44,719 bases of DNA from a virus (lineage: Duplodnaviria > Heunggongvirae > Uroviricota > Caudoviricetes). Position 1 is the first letter of the stretch. The number at the start of each line of letters is the position of its first letter. The translations under genes and the position numbers were made by a program. Below are positions 10,833 through 18,687 of the stretch, in pieces. The DNA lies in the IMG/VR virus record IMGVR_UViG_3300031857_016701, positions 64,001 to 108,719 of that record. One strand, 5' to 3'. The notes beneath the pieces were generated by a model, which saw only the letters and a program-made list of their open reading frames with translations, made no database searches and was not told the origin of the DNA.

Positions 10833-11605
10833 TTATGATATCCGCAATAATACCGACATATAAATCACCAGATGCATTAGATTTATGCATTAAATCTGCA
10901 ATACTTGGTCAAAAATATAAGAATCAAATTATTGTAGTAGTTGATGGATTTTATGATTTAAATAAACACATTTTAGAAAAATATGCAGATTCAATAGAAA
11001 TACTCAATCTAGAACAAAATGTTGGATTATGTAAAGGAATGAATCTGGGTGTATATAATAGTTCATTTAAAAATGTTTTATTGGTAAATGACGATAATGT
11101 TTTTCCTAAAAATTGGGATGTCATTCTAAATGAAGATTATAAACCTAATTGTGTATTAACACCAAATCATATAGAACCTATTCCCAGTATGTTCCGTCAA
11201 TTTGTCATTAAAAATCTAGGAAGAGACCCTAAAACATTTGATTTAGAAAATTTTTGGGAATATGTTAAATCTATAAGCAAAAATGTAATAGAAGAAACAG
11301 GATCTACACCTCCTATATTTATGTCTAGATTAGATTATCTAAAATTAGGAGGGTGGGATGAAAATTATGAATTAGGAGTTGTTGCAGATTGGGAATTTTT
11401 TCTCAAATGTCAATTAGCAGGATTAAAAATGATGAGAACATACAAAACTCATTTTTATCATTTTGTTAGTTTAACAACAAATGTAAGTCCAGAATCAAAT
11501 CTAAAAAGACAATCAATTGAAATGGCAGGACATGAGTATTCTAAATACAAATGGGGATCTTATATAAAGCACAATCCAGAAACTAATCTAAAAACACTAT
11601 ATTAG
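10829..11605 (+). CDS. GT2 family glycosyltransferase
   Basis: AIIPTYKS, VVVDG, NVGLCKGMNLG, LLVNDD, GGWDE, ADWEF. Confidence 0.85.
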   Translation: MIMISAIIPTYKSPDALDLCIKSAILGQKYKNQIIVVVDGFYDLNKHILEKYADSIEILNLEQNVGLCKGMNLGVYNSSFKNVLLVNDDNVFPKNWDVILNEDYKPNCVLTPNHIEPIPSMFRQFVIKNLGRDPKTFDLENFWEYVKSISKNVIEETGSTPPIFMSRLDYLKLGGWDENYELGVVADWEFFLKCQLAGLKMMRTYKTHFYHFVSLTTNVSPESNLKRQSIEMAGHEYSKYKWGSYIKHNPETNLKTLY

Positions 11606-12468
11606 TCTTTCCAATTTTGTAAACAATAATCGATTGAATCATATACATTTCTCATATTAATACCCACCGATTTCAATTTATTATTGCTTATAATACAATT
11701 TGATCTTGGAAGAGGACTTATAGTTTTATAAAACTCTTCTTCAGTAATCAAATTAAAATTCTTATTCTTTCTAATAGTGGTTTTAATTCTATCCACTACT
11801 TTTTCGGTGGTGATATAATCATCATTTACTACATTATAAATTCCATATGGAACTTTTCTAGTAAATGTCTGTATACATGCAGTTACCAATTCTTTTTTAT
11901 TTGACAATGAATTATCTGCAATTAATAGTTTGTCGTAGTTAATTAACTTAGTAAGATAATTGCGTGGATTATCATATTCTTCAAATGGCAATCTAATTCT
12001 CCAAATATATGCATTTTCCCACTGTTTAACTATTTTTTCAGACAACGCTTTAGTACCACCATAAAAACTACAGTTATTTTGTACAAATGTCAAATTAGGT
12101 TCATCTTCTTCATTAAATGGATCACCGTTTGGTTTACATCCAGAATAAATACAACCAGATGAAATATGTCCCAATGTAATGTCATTTAACTTACACCAAG
12201 TAGTAATAGTATTTGCCCAAATAATATTACCTAATATAGTTGATTCTTTATTGTATTCACATACTTCAACATTAGGTTTTCCAATATAAGCTGCGCAATT
12301 AATTACAATGTCAATTTTAGGATTTCCTGTTTCTTTATACCACTTATTTAAGTCAAACAAAGTTGTATTAGCCGTACTGGGCCAACAATAAAATTTTAAA
12401 TTTAATTCGGTTAATTGTCGTTTAAATTCACTTCCAATATATCCAGACGATCCAAATAATATAATCAT
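11602..12468 (-). CDS. NRS/ER (UER1)-type dTDP-4-keto-6-deoxyglucose 3,5-epimerase/4-reductase (RmlD-substrate-binding family)
   Basis: GSSGYIG, GKPNVEVCE, SSGCIY, SFYGGTK, RIRLPF, PRNYLTKL, GIYNVVN match the NRS/ER pattern GRPNVDWCE..GCIF..SFYSKTK..RVRMPI..PRNFITK..GIYNFTN as I recall it. Confidence 0.75.
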   Translation of the reverse strand: MIILFGSSGYIGSEFKRQLTELNLKFYCWPSTANTTLFDLNKWYKETGNPKIDIVINCAAYIGKPNVEVCEYNKESTILGNIIWANTITTWCKLNDITLGHISSGCIYSGCKPNGDPFNEEDEPNLTFVQNNCSFYGGTKALSEKIVKQWENAYIWRIRLPFEEYDNPRNYLTKLINYDKLLIADNSLSNKKELVTACIQTFTRKVPYGIYNVVNDDYITTEKVVDRIKTTIRKNKNFNLITEEEFYKTISPLPRSNCIISNNKLKSVGINMRNVYDSIDYCLQNWKD

Positions 12469-13307
12469 AATATCTTACTTAAATAATTTTTATACTCACT
12501 GTTAGGCATTTTATCAACTATATTAGATAGTTGTTGTTTATTAATAAATTTTTTTCTGTAACATTCTTCTTCAATACAACCAACTTTTATCCCTTGTCGT
12601 TCTTGTATTGTTTGTATATAAGCACCACTTTGATATAAAGAATCTGGCATACCAGCATCCAACCAAACTGTACCTCTTGGAAATGGTATAACCGACAGTT
12701 TTTGTTGTTCCATATAAATACGATTTAAATCGGTTATTTCTAATTCTCCTCTTGGAGATGGTTTTAAATTCTTAGCATATTCAATAACCTTGTTATCATA
12801 AAAATACAAACCTGGTACGGCAAAGTTACTTTTTGGTTCTTTTGGTTTTTCTTCAATTGAAACTACTTTATTGTTTTCATCAAATTCTACTACACCATAA
12901 TCACTTGGATTATTTACTTGATATGCAAATATAATAGCCCCGTCTAATGTTGGTTTGATTTTAGCCATTCCATGAAAAATATTATCTCCTAATATTAAAC
13001 CAACAACATCATCTTTAATAAAATCTTCAGCTATAATAAATGATTCGGCAATTCCCCTTGGTTTATACTGAACCTTATAACATATATCTAATCCCAAATG
13101 TTTTCCATCCCCAAATAATTTTTCATACAATGGTAAGTATTCTGGAGTACTAATAATACAATATTCCTTTATACCACATGTTATCATAGTACTAAGAGGA
13201 TAGTATATCATTGGTTTATCATAAACTGGCAATAACTGTTTGTTTACTGTAGATGTCAATGGATATAATCTACTACCAGTTCCCCCAGATAAAATAATTC
13301 CTTTCAT
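12465..13307 (-). CDS. rfbA: Glucose-1-phosphate thymidylyltransferase
   Basis: GIILSGGTGSRLYPLT...KQLLPVYDKPMIYYPL, LILGDNIF, EEKP, AVPGLYFYD, SPRGELEITD, WLDAG. Confidence 0.95.
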   Translation of the reverse strand: MKGIILSGGTGSRLYPLTSTVNKQLLPVYDKPMIYYPLSTMITCGIKEYCIISTPEYLPLYEKLFGDGKHLGLDICYKVQYKPRGIAESFIIAEDFIKDDVVGLILGDNIFHGMAKIKPTLDGAIIFAYQVNNPSDYGVVEFDENNKVVSIEEKPKEPKSNFAVPGLYFYDNKVIEYAKNLKPSPRGELEITDLNRIYMEQQKLSVIPFPRGTVWLDAGMPDSLYQSGAYIQTIQERQGIKVGCIEEECYRKKFINKQQLSNIVDKMPNSEYKNYLSKIL

Positions 13308-13339
13308 AACAATATTAATATTTATACATAGAAAATACT

Positions 13340-13672
13340 ATGTTTTATATAATTTTTTTATTTGTCTTTGTTCTTATTATATGGTTCAACACCGAAGCAT
13401 TTGTTGAATACAGTCACTTATTAAAATTAAAATGGTTTAAAGTAAACGATTATTTAAATGCAAAAGATACAGACTTTACGCTTACATATCATTCATATCT
13501 ATTACAAAAACATAATAGTTTTTTTACTAGATTAATTACATGTCCATTTTGTCTTAACTTTTGGTTAATTTTATTAGGAAAATTTATTTTTGGTTATTCA
13601 TTTCTAGAAATACCTACTATTTATGTAACATCATTAATTACATATTTTATATTCAATAAGTTATCCCCATGA
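13340..13672 (+). CDS. Membrane protein with CPFC motif (DUF1360-like)
   Basis: Hydrophobic N- and C-terminal segments and LITCPFCLNFW. Preceded by the TATTTATA motif. Confidence 0.5.
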   Translation: MFYIIFLFVFVLIIWFNTEAFVEYSHLLKLKWFKVNDYLNAKDTDFTLTYHSYLLQKHNSFFTRLITCPFCLNFWLILLGKFIFGYSFLEIPTIYVTSLITYFIFNKLSP

Positions 13673-13962
13673 GAATAAACAATTTAAATGAATTATACAA
13701 CTATATTAAAACAAAAGAACCATTAACAACTAATGGTAGTTTGATGCAATTATGTGCATGCGTAGATCAATTTAAAAACATATGTAGTTGTAAAGCAAAA
13801 GAAAAAGGTCAAAAATTATTTGATTGTAATAATCAATACACTAATACAATTAATAACTTTGACCAAACTACTATAGACTTACTATTATCAGTTACAGAAG
13901 ATAAAACAATAGAATTCTACGACAATTCTAATTATCTAAGAACTATTTCACTATCGTCTTAA
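13669..13962 (+). CDS. Hypothetical Cys-rich protein
   Basis: 97 aa, ATGA-coupled to the previous gene; CAC..CSC..DC pattern. Confidence 0.6.
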   Translation: MRINNLNELYNYIKTKEPLTTNGSLMQLCACVDQFKNICSCKAKEKGQKLFDCNNQYTNTINNFDQTTIDLLLSVTEDKTIEFYDNSNYLRTISLSS

Positions 13963-14596
13963 GACATTCTTCTACAATCGAATTTAAATTAGGATTATTA
14001 ATCAATTCTCCTTGATTCTTATCAAAAGATACTATCTGTTCCCATTCTACTTTATAATCAGCAAGAAATCTAATCTTAGGATCATTCAACGCTTCATGTT
14101 GATTAGGAGCTTCAGTATATATTTTTTTACTTTTATCATTTACTCTATAATGTCTTCCATCAGTAGCAAAACCATAAGTATACTTGCTTACATGTACCAA
14201 CTTTCCACCTAATTGTTTCTTTAACCAAAATATTTCATCATCAACATATTCTACATAACGAATATCACTGATGAAATTGACATCATTAGTATCTTTCTTC
14301 AACTCTTCGTGTAACAATCCTGTCCAATACTTACCTTCAGTCTGTTTTCTTTTTACACCACCATACCACACCAACATATCTCTAAAAGCATTCTTATCTT
14401 CAGTCTTTTCACTAAACGCACTCAATCCCAACTTTTCTTGAATAAATGGTTCACAATCCTTCTTTAAGAAATATGCAAGAGCATATGTCTTGGATGTTAA
14501 GTTATACTTTTCTTTCAATACTTTCTGCGCAATATCACAAAACAAATTCTTACCACTTCTAGCAAATCCAGATACACCTATATAAAGTTTATTCAT
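13943..14596 (-). CDS. Deoxynucleoside monophosphate kinase-like P-loop protein (T4 gp1-like)
   Basis: IGVSGFARSGKN P-loop, FRDMLVWYG, FISDIRY. Confidence 0.65.
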   Translation of the reverse strand: MNKLYIGVSGFARSGKNLFCDIAQKVLKEKYNLTSKTYALAYFLKKDCEPFIQEKLGLSAFSEKTEDKNAFRDMLVWYGGVKRKQTEGKYWTGLLHEELKKDTNDVNFISDIRYVEYVDDEIFWLKKQLGGKLVHVSKYTYGFATDGRHYRVNDKSKKIYTEAPNQHEALNDPKIRFLADYKVEWEQIVSFDKNQGELINNPNLNSIVEECLKTIVK

Positions 14597-15116
14597 TTTC
14601 CATTAACCCTTCTATTTCTTTTTCTGATTTACCATATTGTTTACACATTTCAATCAGATTATTAATACCACTTTCCGTTCTGAAAAATAGTACACAATAA
14701 CTATAAGCATCGTCTTTGCTAACTTCAAATTTATTTGCAACTAACTGAATTAGTTCTTTATTAAACTTAACCTTATTGGGTTTAATCCACTTACAAAACC
14801 GTCTACCATGTGGTACTAAATCACACAATACCTTATAAAGTTGTTTCTCTGGTAATACATCAAAGTACTTGGATACAAAAGCAATTTCTTCAATGATAAT
14901 TTGATCCATACCCAATCCCATTAACAATGTATACTTGTTAAATGATTTGATATCAGATGCAGTAAGCGTATCAAAATACTTAGGATTCTTAACTTCCCTA
15001 ATTTGATTGATATGGTCAAATAAAGATTTAGTCTTCGTTAAGTTCGATGTCTCGTTGTTCGATTGATTTGAATCGTTCTTTGAGAGAGGGGTTTTTTGTT
15101 TTTTGGGTCTTCCCAT
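14589..15116 (-). CDS. Sliding-clamp loader small subunit (T4 gp62-like)
   Basis: LFDHINQI, FNKYTLLMGLGMD, LYKVLCDLVP..RRFCKWIK resemble gp62 family features. Confidence 0.65.
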   Translation of the reverse strand: MGRPKKQKTPLSKNDSNQSNNETSNLTKTKSLFDHINQIREVKNPKYFDTLTASDIKSFNKYTLLMGLGMDQIIIEEIAFVSKYFDVLPEKQLYKVLCDLVPHGRRFCKWIKPNKVKFNKELIQLVANKFEVSKDDAYSYCVLFFRTESGINNLIEMCKQYGKSEKEIEGLMENE

Positions 15117-15387
15117 AATGGTTGTTAATTCTTGCTCTTAAAGCATTAATAACTGATAATACCGTCTTTTGATTTGAAAACAAGGTATTTAAATCCTTTT
15201 CCAACTTTTTCTTGTTTTCATCAAATACAGTAAGACTAATATTTTTATATTCTTCCAACTTATAACTCAAATAAAAAGAGTGTAACGCCAACCACATTAC
15301 TGCGAATGGTGTTACACTCTCAAACTTAAGTGATAATGAAAATAATATTACATTAATTATTAATACAACTATTGATTTAATATTCAT
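15028..15387 (-). CDS. Hypothetical membrane-anchored protein with coiled coil
   Basis: Two hydrophobic N-terminal segments followed by a heptad-like region. Confidence 0.55.
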   Translation of the reverse strand: MNIKSIVVLIINVILFSLSLKFESVTPFAVMWLALHSFYLSYKLEEYKNISLTVFDENKKKLEKDLNTLFSNQKTVLSVINALRARINNHYGKTQKTKNPSLKERFKSIEQRDIELNED

Positions 15388-15526
15388 TATCTACTTCATC
15401 TTGGTAATTTCTTACCTTCCCTCCTTTATTTAAATATGGTTTATTTACCTTTGACAATTTTTTATTTTTCTTTAACTTAGAACTCTTCATTCTAAAGTCA
15501 TTGTCTCTTCTAAATGTCTTTCCCAT
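15377..15526 (-). CDS. Small basic protein, 49 aa, absent from ORF track
   Basis: Hand translation gives MGKTFRRDNDFRMKSSKLKKNKKLSKVNKPYLNKGGKVRNYQDEVDNEY*. It fills the 15388-15540 gap, and its stop overlaps the next start. Confidence 0.65.
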   Translation of the reverse strand: MGKTFRRDNDFRMKSSKLKKNKKLSKVNKPYLNKGGKVRNYQDEVDNEY

Positions 15527-15540
15527 ATTCAAACTAAAGA

Positions 15541-15750
15541 TTACTTAACACGGGAAGCAGTAGCAAGAACCTTGCGTAGTGCCTTAACTTGGCGACCATT
15601 TAGGTCAATACGAGTCTTACCATTACGAATAGTCAAACGAGTACCAGCTCGCTTGGTTCCAGCAAATGGATAAGAAATGAATGTTTCAACCTTCGCAGCA
15701 CTATTGTATACGAAGTTAGTCTGCATCTTGTTATTTTTACGAATAATCAT
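15541..15750 (-). CDS. Small basic hypothetical early protein (preferred start 15750; in-frame ATG also at 15795)
   Basis: It has its own sigma70 promoter, an A-rich leader before ATG 15750, and CGT/GGT/GCT-rich codons. Confidence 0.65.
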   Translation of the reverse strand: MIIRKNNKMQTNFVYNSAAKVETFISYPFAGTKRAGTRLTIRNGKTRIDLNGRQVKALRKVLATASRVK

Positions 15751-15810
15751 ATTTTTATTTATTTTTTTGTTTATTTTATGTTTCGTTAGTTTCATTACTA
15801 ACTTGAAATT

Positions 15811-15839
15811 ACTTTACACTACTATCACCGTTTCGTCAA
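15811..15839 (-). promoter_or_regulatory. Sigma70-type promoter TTGACG-N17-TAAAGT
   Basis: Read directly on the minus strand in the intergenic gap. Confidence 0.75.
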
Positions 15840-15851
15840 CACATTTTTGAA

Positions 15852-16766
15852 TCAAAGTTTAAAATCTTTTTCAAACCGTTCAATCGCATAATCCTTAGCT
15901 TTGAATTCAAATTCAAAGTCAACACCATCCATGTCAACATATTCTTCAGGAATACTGCGTACATAATCACCATGCGCACGTGGATTTTTGTTGGTCAAAT
16001 CATTGTCGCTAAAATGAAACAATGGACGATACTTATCCCATGTACTCATAGACAACTTAACCGCATCTTTAGCAGACAATTTACCAGAGTTACAACGAAA
16101 ATGTAGATTGTCATAGGTGATAGGAATACCAGTGTGTGAATAAATCAAATCATACAATTCTTCTACCTTCCAACTGTTAGGCTTGTCTTCATTCTCCAAT
16201 ACAAGACGAGACTTTACATTAGTAGGAAAATCATTATATACATCAATAAATCGTTTGGCAATATCTTTGGTATTACCTTTATAACAATTCATATGAATAT
16301 TCATAGGAGCATCATATGATTGAGGAAGACCAAACAAATCCATGATATTAGCATGATTTTTCAATTCAATGATGGATTTTTCCACAACAGACTTGGTAGC
16401 ACTCGCAGGTACAACAAATTGATCGGGATGTGTACTACACCTAAGATTGTTCTTTTTAATGATTTCAGCACCACGTTTGAATTCGGCATAAATACGATCT
16501 TTATCAGGAAGAACATCAAACGATAGATTTGCTTCGGGTAATGTAGCCAATGGAAACAAATCACTGCTAATACGATAATTCCAACCTTTACTTACACAAA
16601 AAGCAAAGGTATTTACCGCAACATGTACATTGTTTAATGTTCGTTGAGAAATAGTAGATAAAGCATTTTTTCGTTCCAATGTCAAGAACCTAGTCTTGGT
16701 CATGGTATTTGCCTTGAATCCTTTTTCTTGAAGTTGAAGTGAAATGCAGCACAATGATTTTTTCAT
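15852..16766 (-). CDS. uvsE: UV-damage endonuclease (UvsE/UVDE)
   Basis: YRISSDLFP, STHPDQF, MNIH, LVLENED, IPITYDNLH, PLFHFS, AHGDY, EFKAKDYAI. Confidence 0.9.
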   Translation of the reverse strand: MKKSLCCISLQLQEKGFKANTMTKTRFLTLERKNALSTISQRTLNNVHVAVNTFAFCVSKGWNYRISSDLFPLATLPEANLSFDVLPDKDRIYAEFKRGAEIIKKNNLRCSTHPDQFVVPASATKSVVEKSIIELKNHANIMDLFGLPQSYDAPMNIHMNCYKGNTKDIAKRFIDVYNDFPTNVKSRLVLENEDKPNSWKVEELYDLIYSHTGIPITYDNLHFRCNSGKLSAKDAVKLSMSTWDKYRPLFHFSDNDLTNKNPRAHGDYVRSIPEEYVDMDGVDFEFEFKAKDYAIERFEKDFKL

Positions 16767-16773
16767 TGTGAAT

Positions 16774-16802
16774 AACCTACCACAAAATTATAAAAATGTC
16801 AA
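16774..16802 (-). promoter_or_regulatory. Sigma70-type promoter TTGACA-N17-TAGGTT with TG extension
   Basis: Read directly upstream of uvsE. Confidence 0.75.
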
Positions 16803-16806
16803 GAAC

Positions 16807-17187
16807 TTAATAAGCTGTATATGGAATTGGACAAGGAGCACAAGTACTATCAAATGGACAAGTATATCCCAAAAATTTCCAAGTCTTATCTGTTGATGAA
16901 CTATTTTTAATCCAAGTAGCTTTTTGGTTTATACCACTAGTAAGTAATCCACTCTTAGCATCAACTGCAGTCATAAAATAACTAGATATGTTAGTAAATT
17001 CAGTATCGTTATTTGTTCTATACAATATATCTTTACCGTCTTTAACCAATATAGTACCAATATCACCATCAAAAATTCCATTGGGACTGTCATCTACATA
17101 TGTACTATCAGTTTGATTCAATGAGTTAAAAGCTAATTTATTGATAAACGTTTGAAATCTATTATCTTTGATGAAATTGACTATCAT
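16807..17187 (-). CDS. Hypothetical probable late/virion protein
   Basis: TATTTATA lies 6 nt before the ATG. SPNGIFDGDIGTILV...TWIKNSSSTDKTW loosely resembles the SPEGVVTA..GSLY..LWVKESG..TGW motif of phage fibre proteins. Confidence 0.55.
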   Translation of the reverse strand: MIVNFIKDNRFQTFINKLAFNSLNQTDSTYVDDSPNGIFDGDIGTILVKDGKDILYRTNNDTEFTNISSYFMTAVDAKSGLLTSGINQKATWIKNSSSTDKTWKFLGYTCPFDSTCAPCPIPYTAY

Positions 17188-17206
17188 TTGTTATATAAAT
17201 ATATAA

Positions 17207-18388
17207 CTATCGACCAACTTCATCAAAAAACTTTGATTTAGCATCATCATAAGTCATTCCTATCATTTTGTTATAAAATAAGATATCAGACTTGATATTA
17301 CCTTCACCATGAAGTTTTTTATATCTTTCTATAGCTTTTGGTTTCCACCAGTCAAAAACACCTTGAACATCCTTCTTGAATAGTTCTTTTAACTTTAATT
17401 CTTTTTCACCAATCTTATTCTGTAAGAACTCTTTAGTGTTTTCATAAAAACAACTATAATATACACCACGTTCATATCCATGTGTATAATCACTAGCTTT
17501 AATTCCTAATGTCTGGAATATCATATTAATGACCCTAGTCTTTGCACCAGTTACAGGTCCACTTACACCTTCTTTTTGAGTCATTGCTTTATTGTACTGG
17601 TCACTCTTATTATCTTTAATCCATTGGTGCCATACTTCATATACACTATCATCTGGTTTAATCATCATCTTACCAGTACTTGACCCACACTTATGCCACC
17701 ATTTAAGACTATTATACATACTATAACTACCATACAATGATGTAGTAGTCATACCAACCAACTCTTCATCATATAGTTTCTTCCAAATTTCTCTGGTTTT
17801 AGAAGTGGTAATTAAAGCAGCTACTAACTTACCACCCAAGAAATTATAACCAAATGGTTGTGTGCTCATGATACAACTACCAATTGCACTATGTACCAGT
17901 CTTTTATCTTTTAATTTGTTGTCAGCAGTCCAACCAATGTAGTTATCTCTATCGGTAATTACAATAACATCACTGGATATACTTACCGCACCCAAATACC
18001 TTGGATTATCCACATTACCATCCGTAATCAATAATTTAATAAATCTACCTGGTGTTTGAGCATATTCCATCGTATGACAAAACAATCGTAACATCAACCA
18101 ATCTTGTTCATACGCACTACCTGCGGTTACATGAACAATTGTAGGATTCAAATTCTCCAATTCTTTAACCGTCAATTCTACATTGTTAATGTCTGTTGGA
18201 GTCCAAATCTTAGCTTTTACTACACCAGACTTATTTAGGTAATCTTTATAAGTTTGAACTTCAACCCATTTCTTATAAAATGTCTGTTCTTCGGCAGTCA
18301 TACTCTTTAGATAATCAATGTTCTTGATAAACTTAGATTTCTCCAAATCAAATTCAAACTCACCAGCATCAAAAAATTCGTTTCCCAT
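17207..18388 (-). CDS. DUF4338 / Druantia DruA-like protein
   Basis: QTPGRFIKLLITD, YLGAVSISSDV, DRDNYIGWT, QPFGYNFLGGKLVAAL, TTTSLYG, SMYNSL, GPVTGAKTRVI, HGYERGVY. Confidence 0.65.
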   Translation of the reverse strand: MGNEFFDAGEFEFDLEKSKFIKNIDYLKSMTAEEQTFYKKWVEVQTYKDYLNKSGVVKAKIWTPTDINNVELTVKELENLNPTIVHVTAGSAYEQDWLMLRLFCHTMEYAQTPGRFIKLLITDGNVDNPRYLGAVSISSDVIVITDRDNYIGWTADNKLKDKRLVHSAIGSCIMSTQPFGYNFLGGKLVAALITTSKTREIWKKLYDEELVGMTTTSLYGSYSMYNSLKWWHKCGSSTGKMMIKPDDSVYEVWHQWIKDNKSDQYNKAMTQKEGVSGPVTGAKTRVINMIFQTLGIKASDYTHGYERGVYYSCFYENTKEFLQNKIGEKELKLKELFKKDVQGVFDWWKPKAIERYKKLHGEGNIKSDILFYNKMIGMTYDDAKSKFFDEVGR

Positions 18389-18401
18389 ATTTATATTTAG
18401 T

Positions 18402-18635
18402 ATGACATTTAAAAAACCAGATCCAACTCAAAAAATATACCACTACATTGAGATAGATTCAACAACAATCGCTCTATATGATAGTTTAATGGATCAACCA
18501 ATATCATACGGCAGTAAAGTAAAAATTCAAGTGGATATAAATAAACTACTGCCCAAAGATATAACTATCTACTATTATACACTAAAACAATTTATAAAAT
18601 TAAAACCGATCAAACCATATATCGGTAAAAAATAA
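18402..18635 (+). CDS. Hypothetical 77-aa protein (start moved from 18318 to ATG 18402)
   Basis: The track start overlaps the opposite-strand gene. ATG 18402 follows ATATTTATA (18387-18395), and the gene ends at a hairpin. Confidence 0.65.
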   Translation: MTFKKPDPTQKIYHYIEIDSTTIALYDSLMDQPISYGSKVKIQVDINKLLPKDITIYYYTLKQFIKLKPIKPYIGKK

Positions 18636-18674
18636 TACCGTATGAATACATAAAGTACCCATACGGTATTTTTA
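18634..18674. terminator. Probable intrinsic terminator between convergent genes
   Basis: Inverted repeat AATACCGTATG (18634-44) / CATACGGTATT (18660-70), followed by T-run on + and with an A-run upstream. Confidence 0.6.
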
Positions 18675-18687
18675 CGTATTATACAGA

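Noticed and set aside
1-13307. Bacterial O-antigen/capsule locus or prophage-host junction
   Set aside because: There are no wzx/wzy/wzz or housekeeping genes and no integrase or att site. The same TATKTATA motif and codon style occur in the virion genes. A chimeric assembly cannot be fully excluded without reads.
18318-18401. Track start at 18318 for the plus-strand ORF
   Set aside because: This part is antisense to the DruA-like gene start. ATG 18402 has the recurrent upstream motif.
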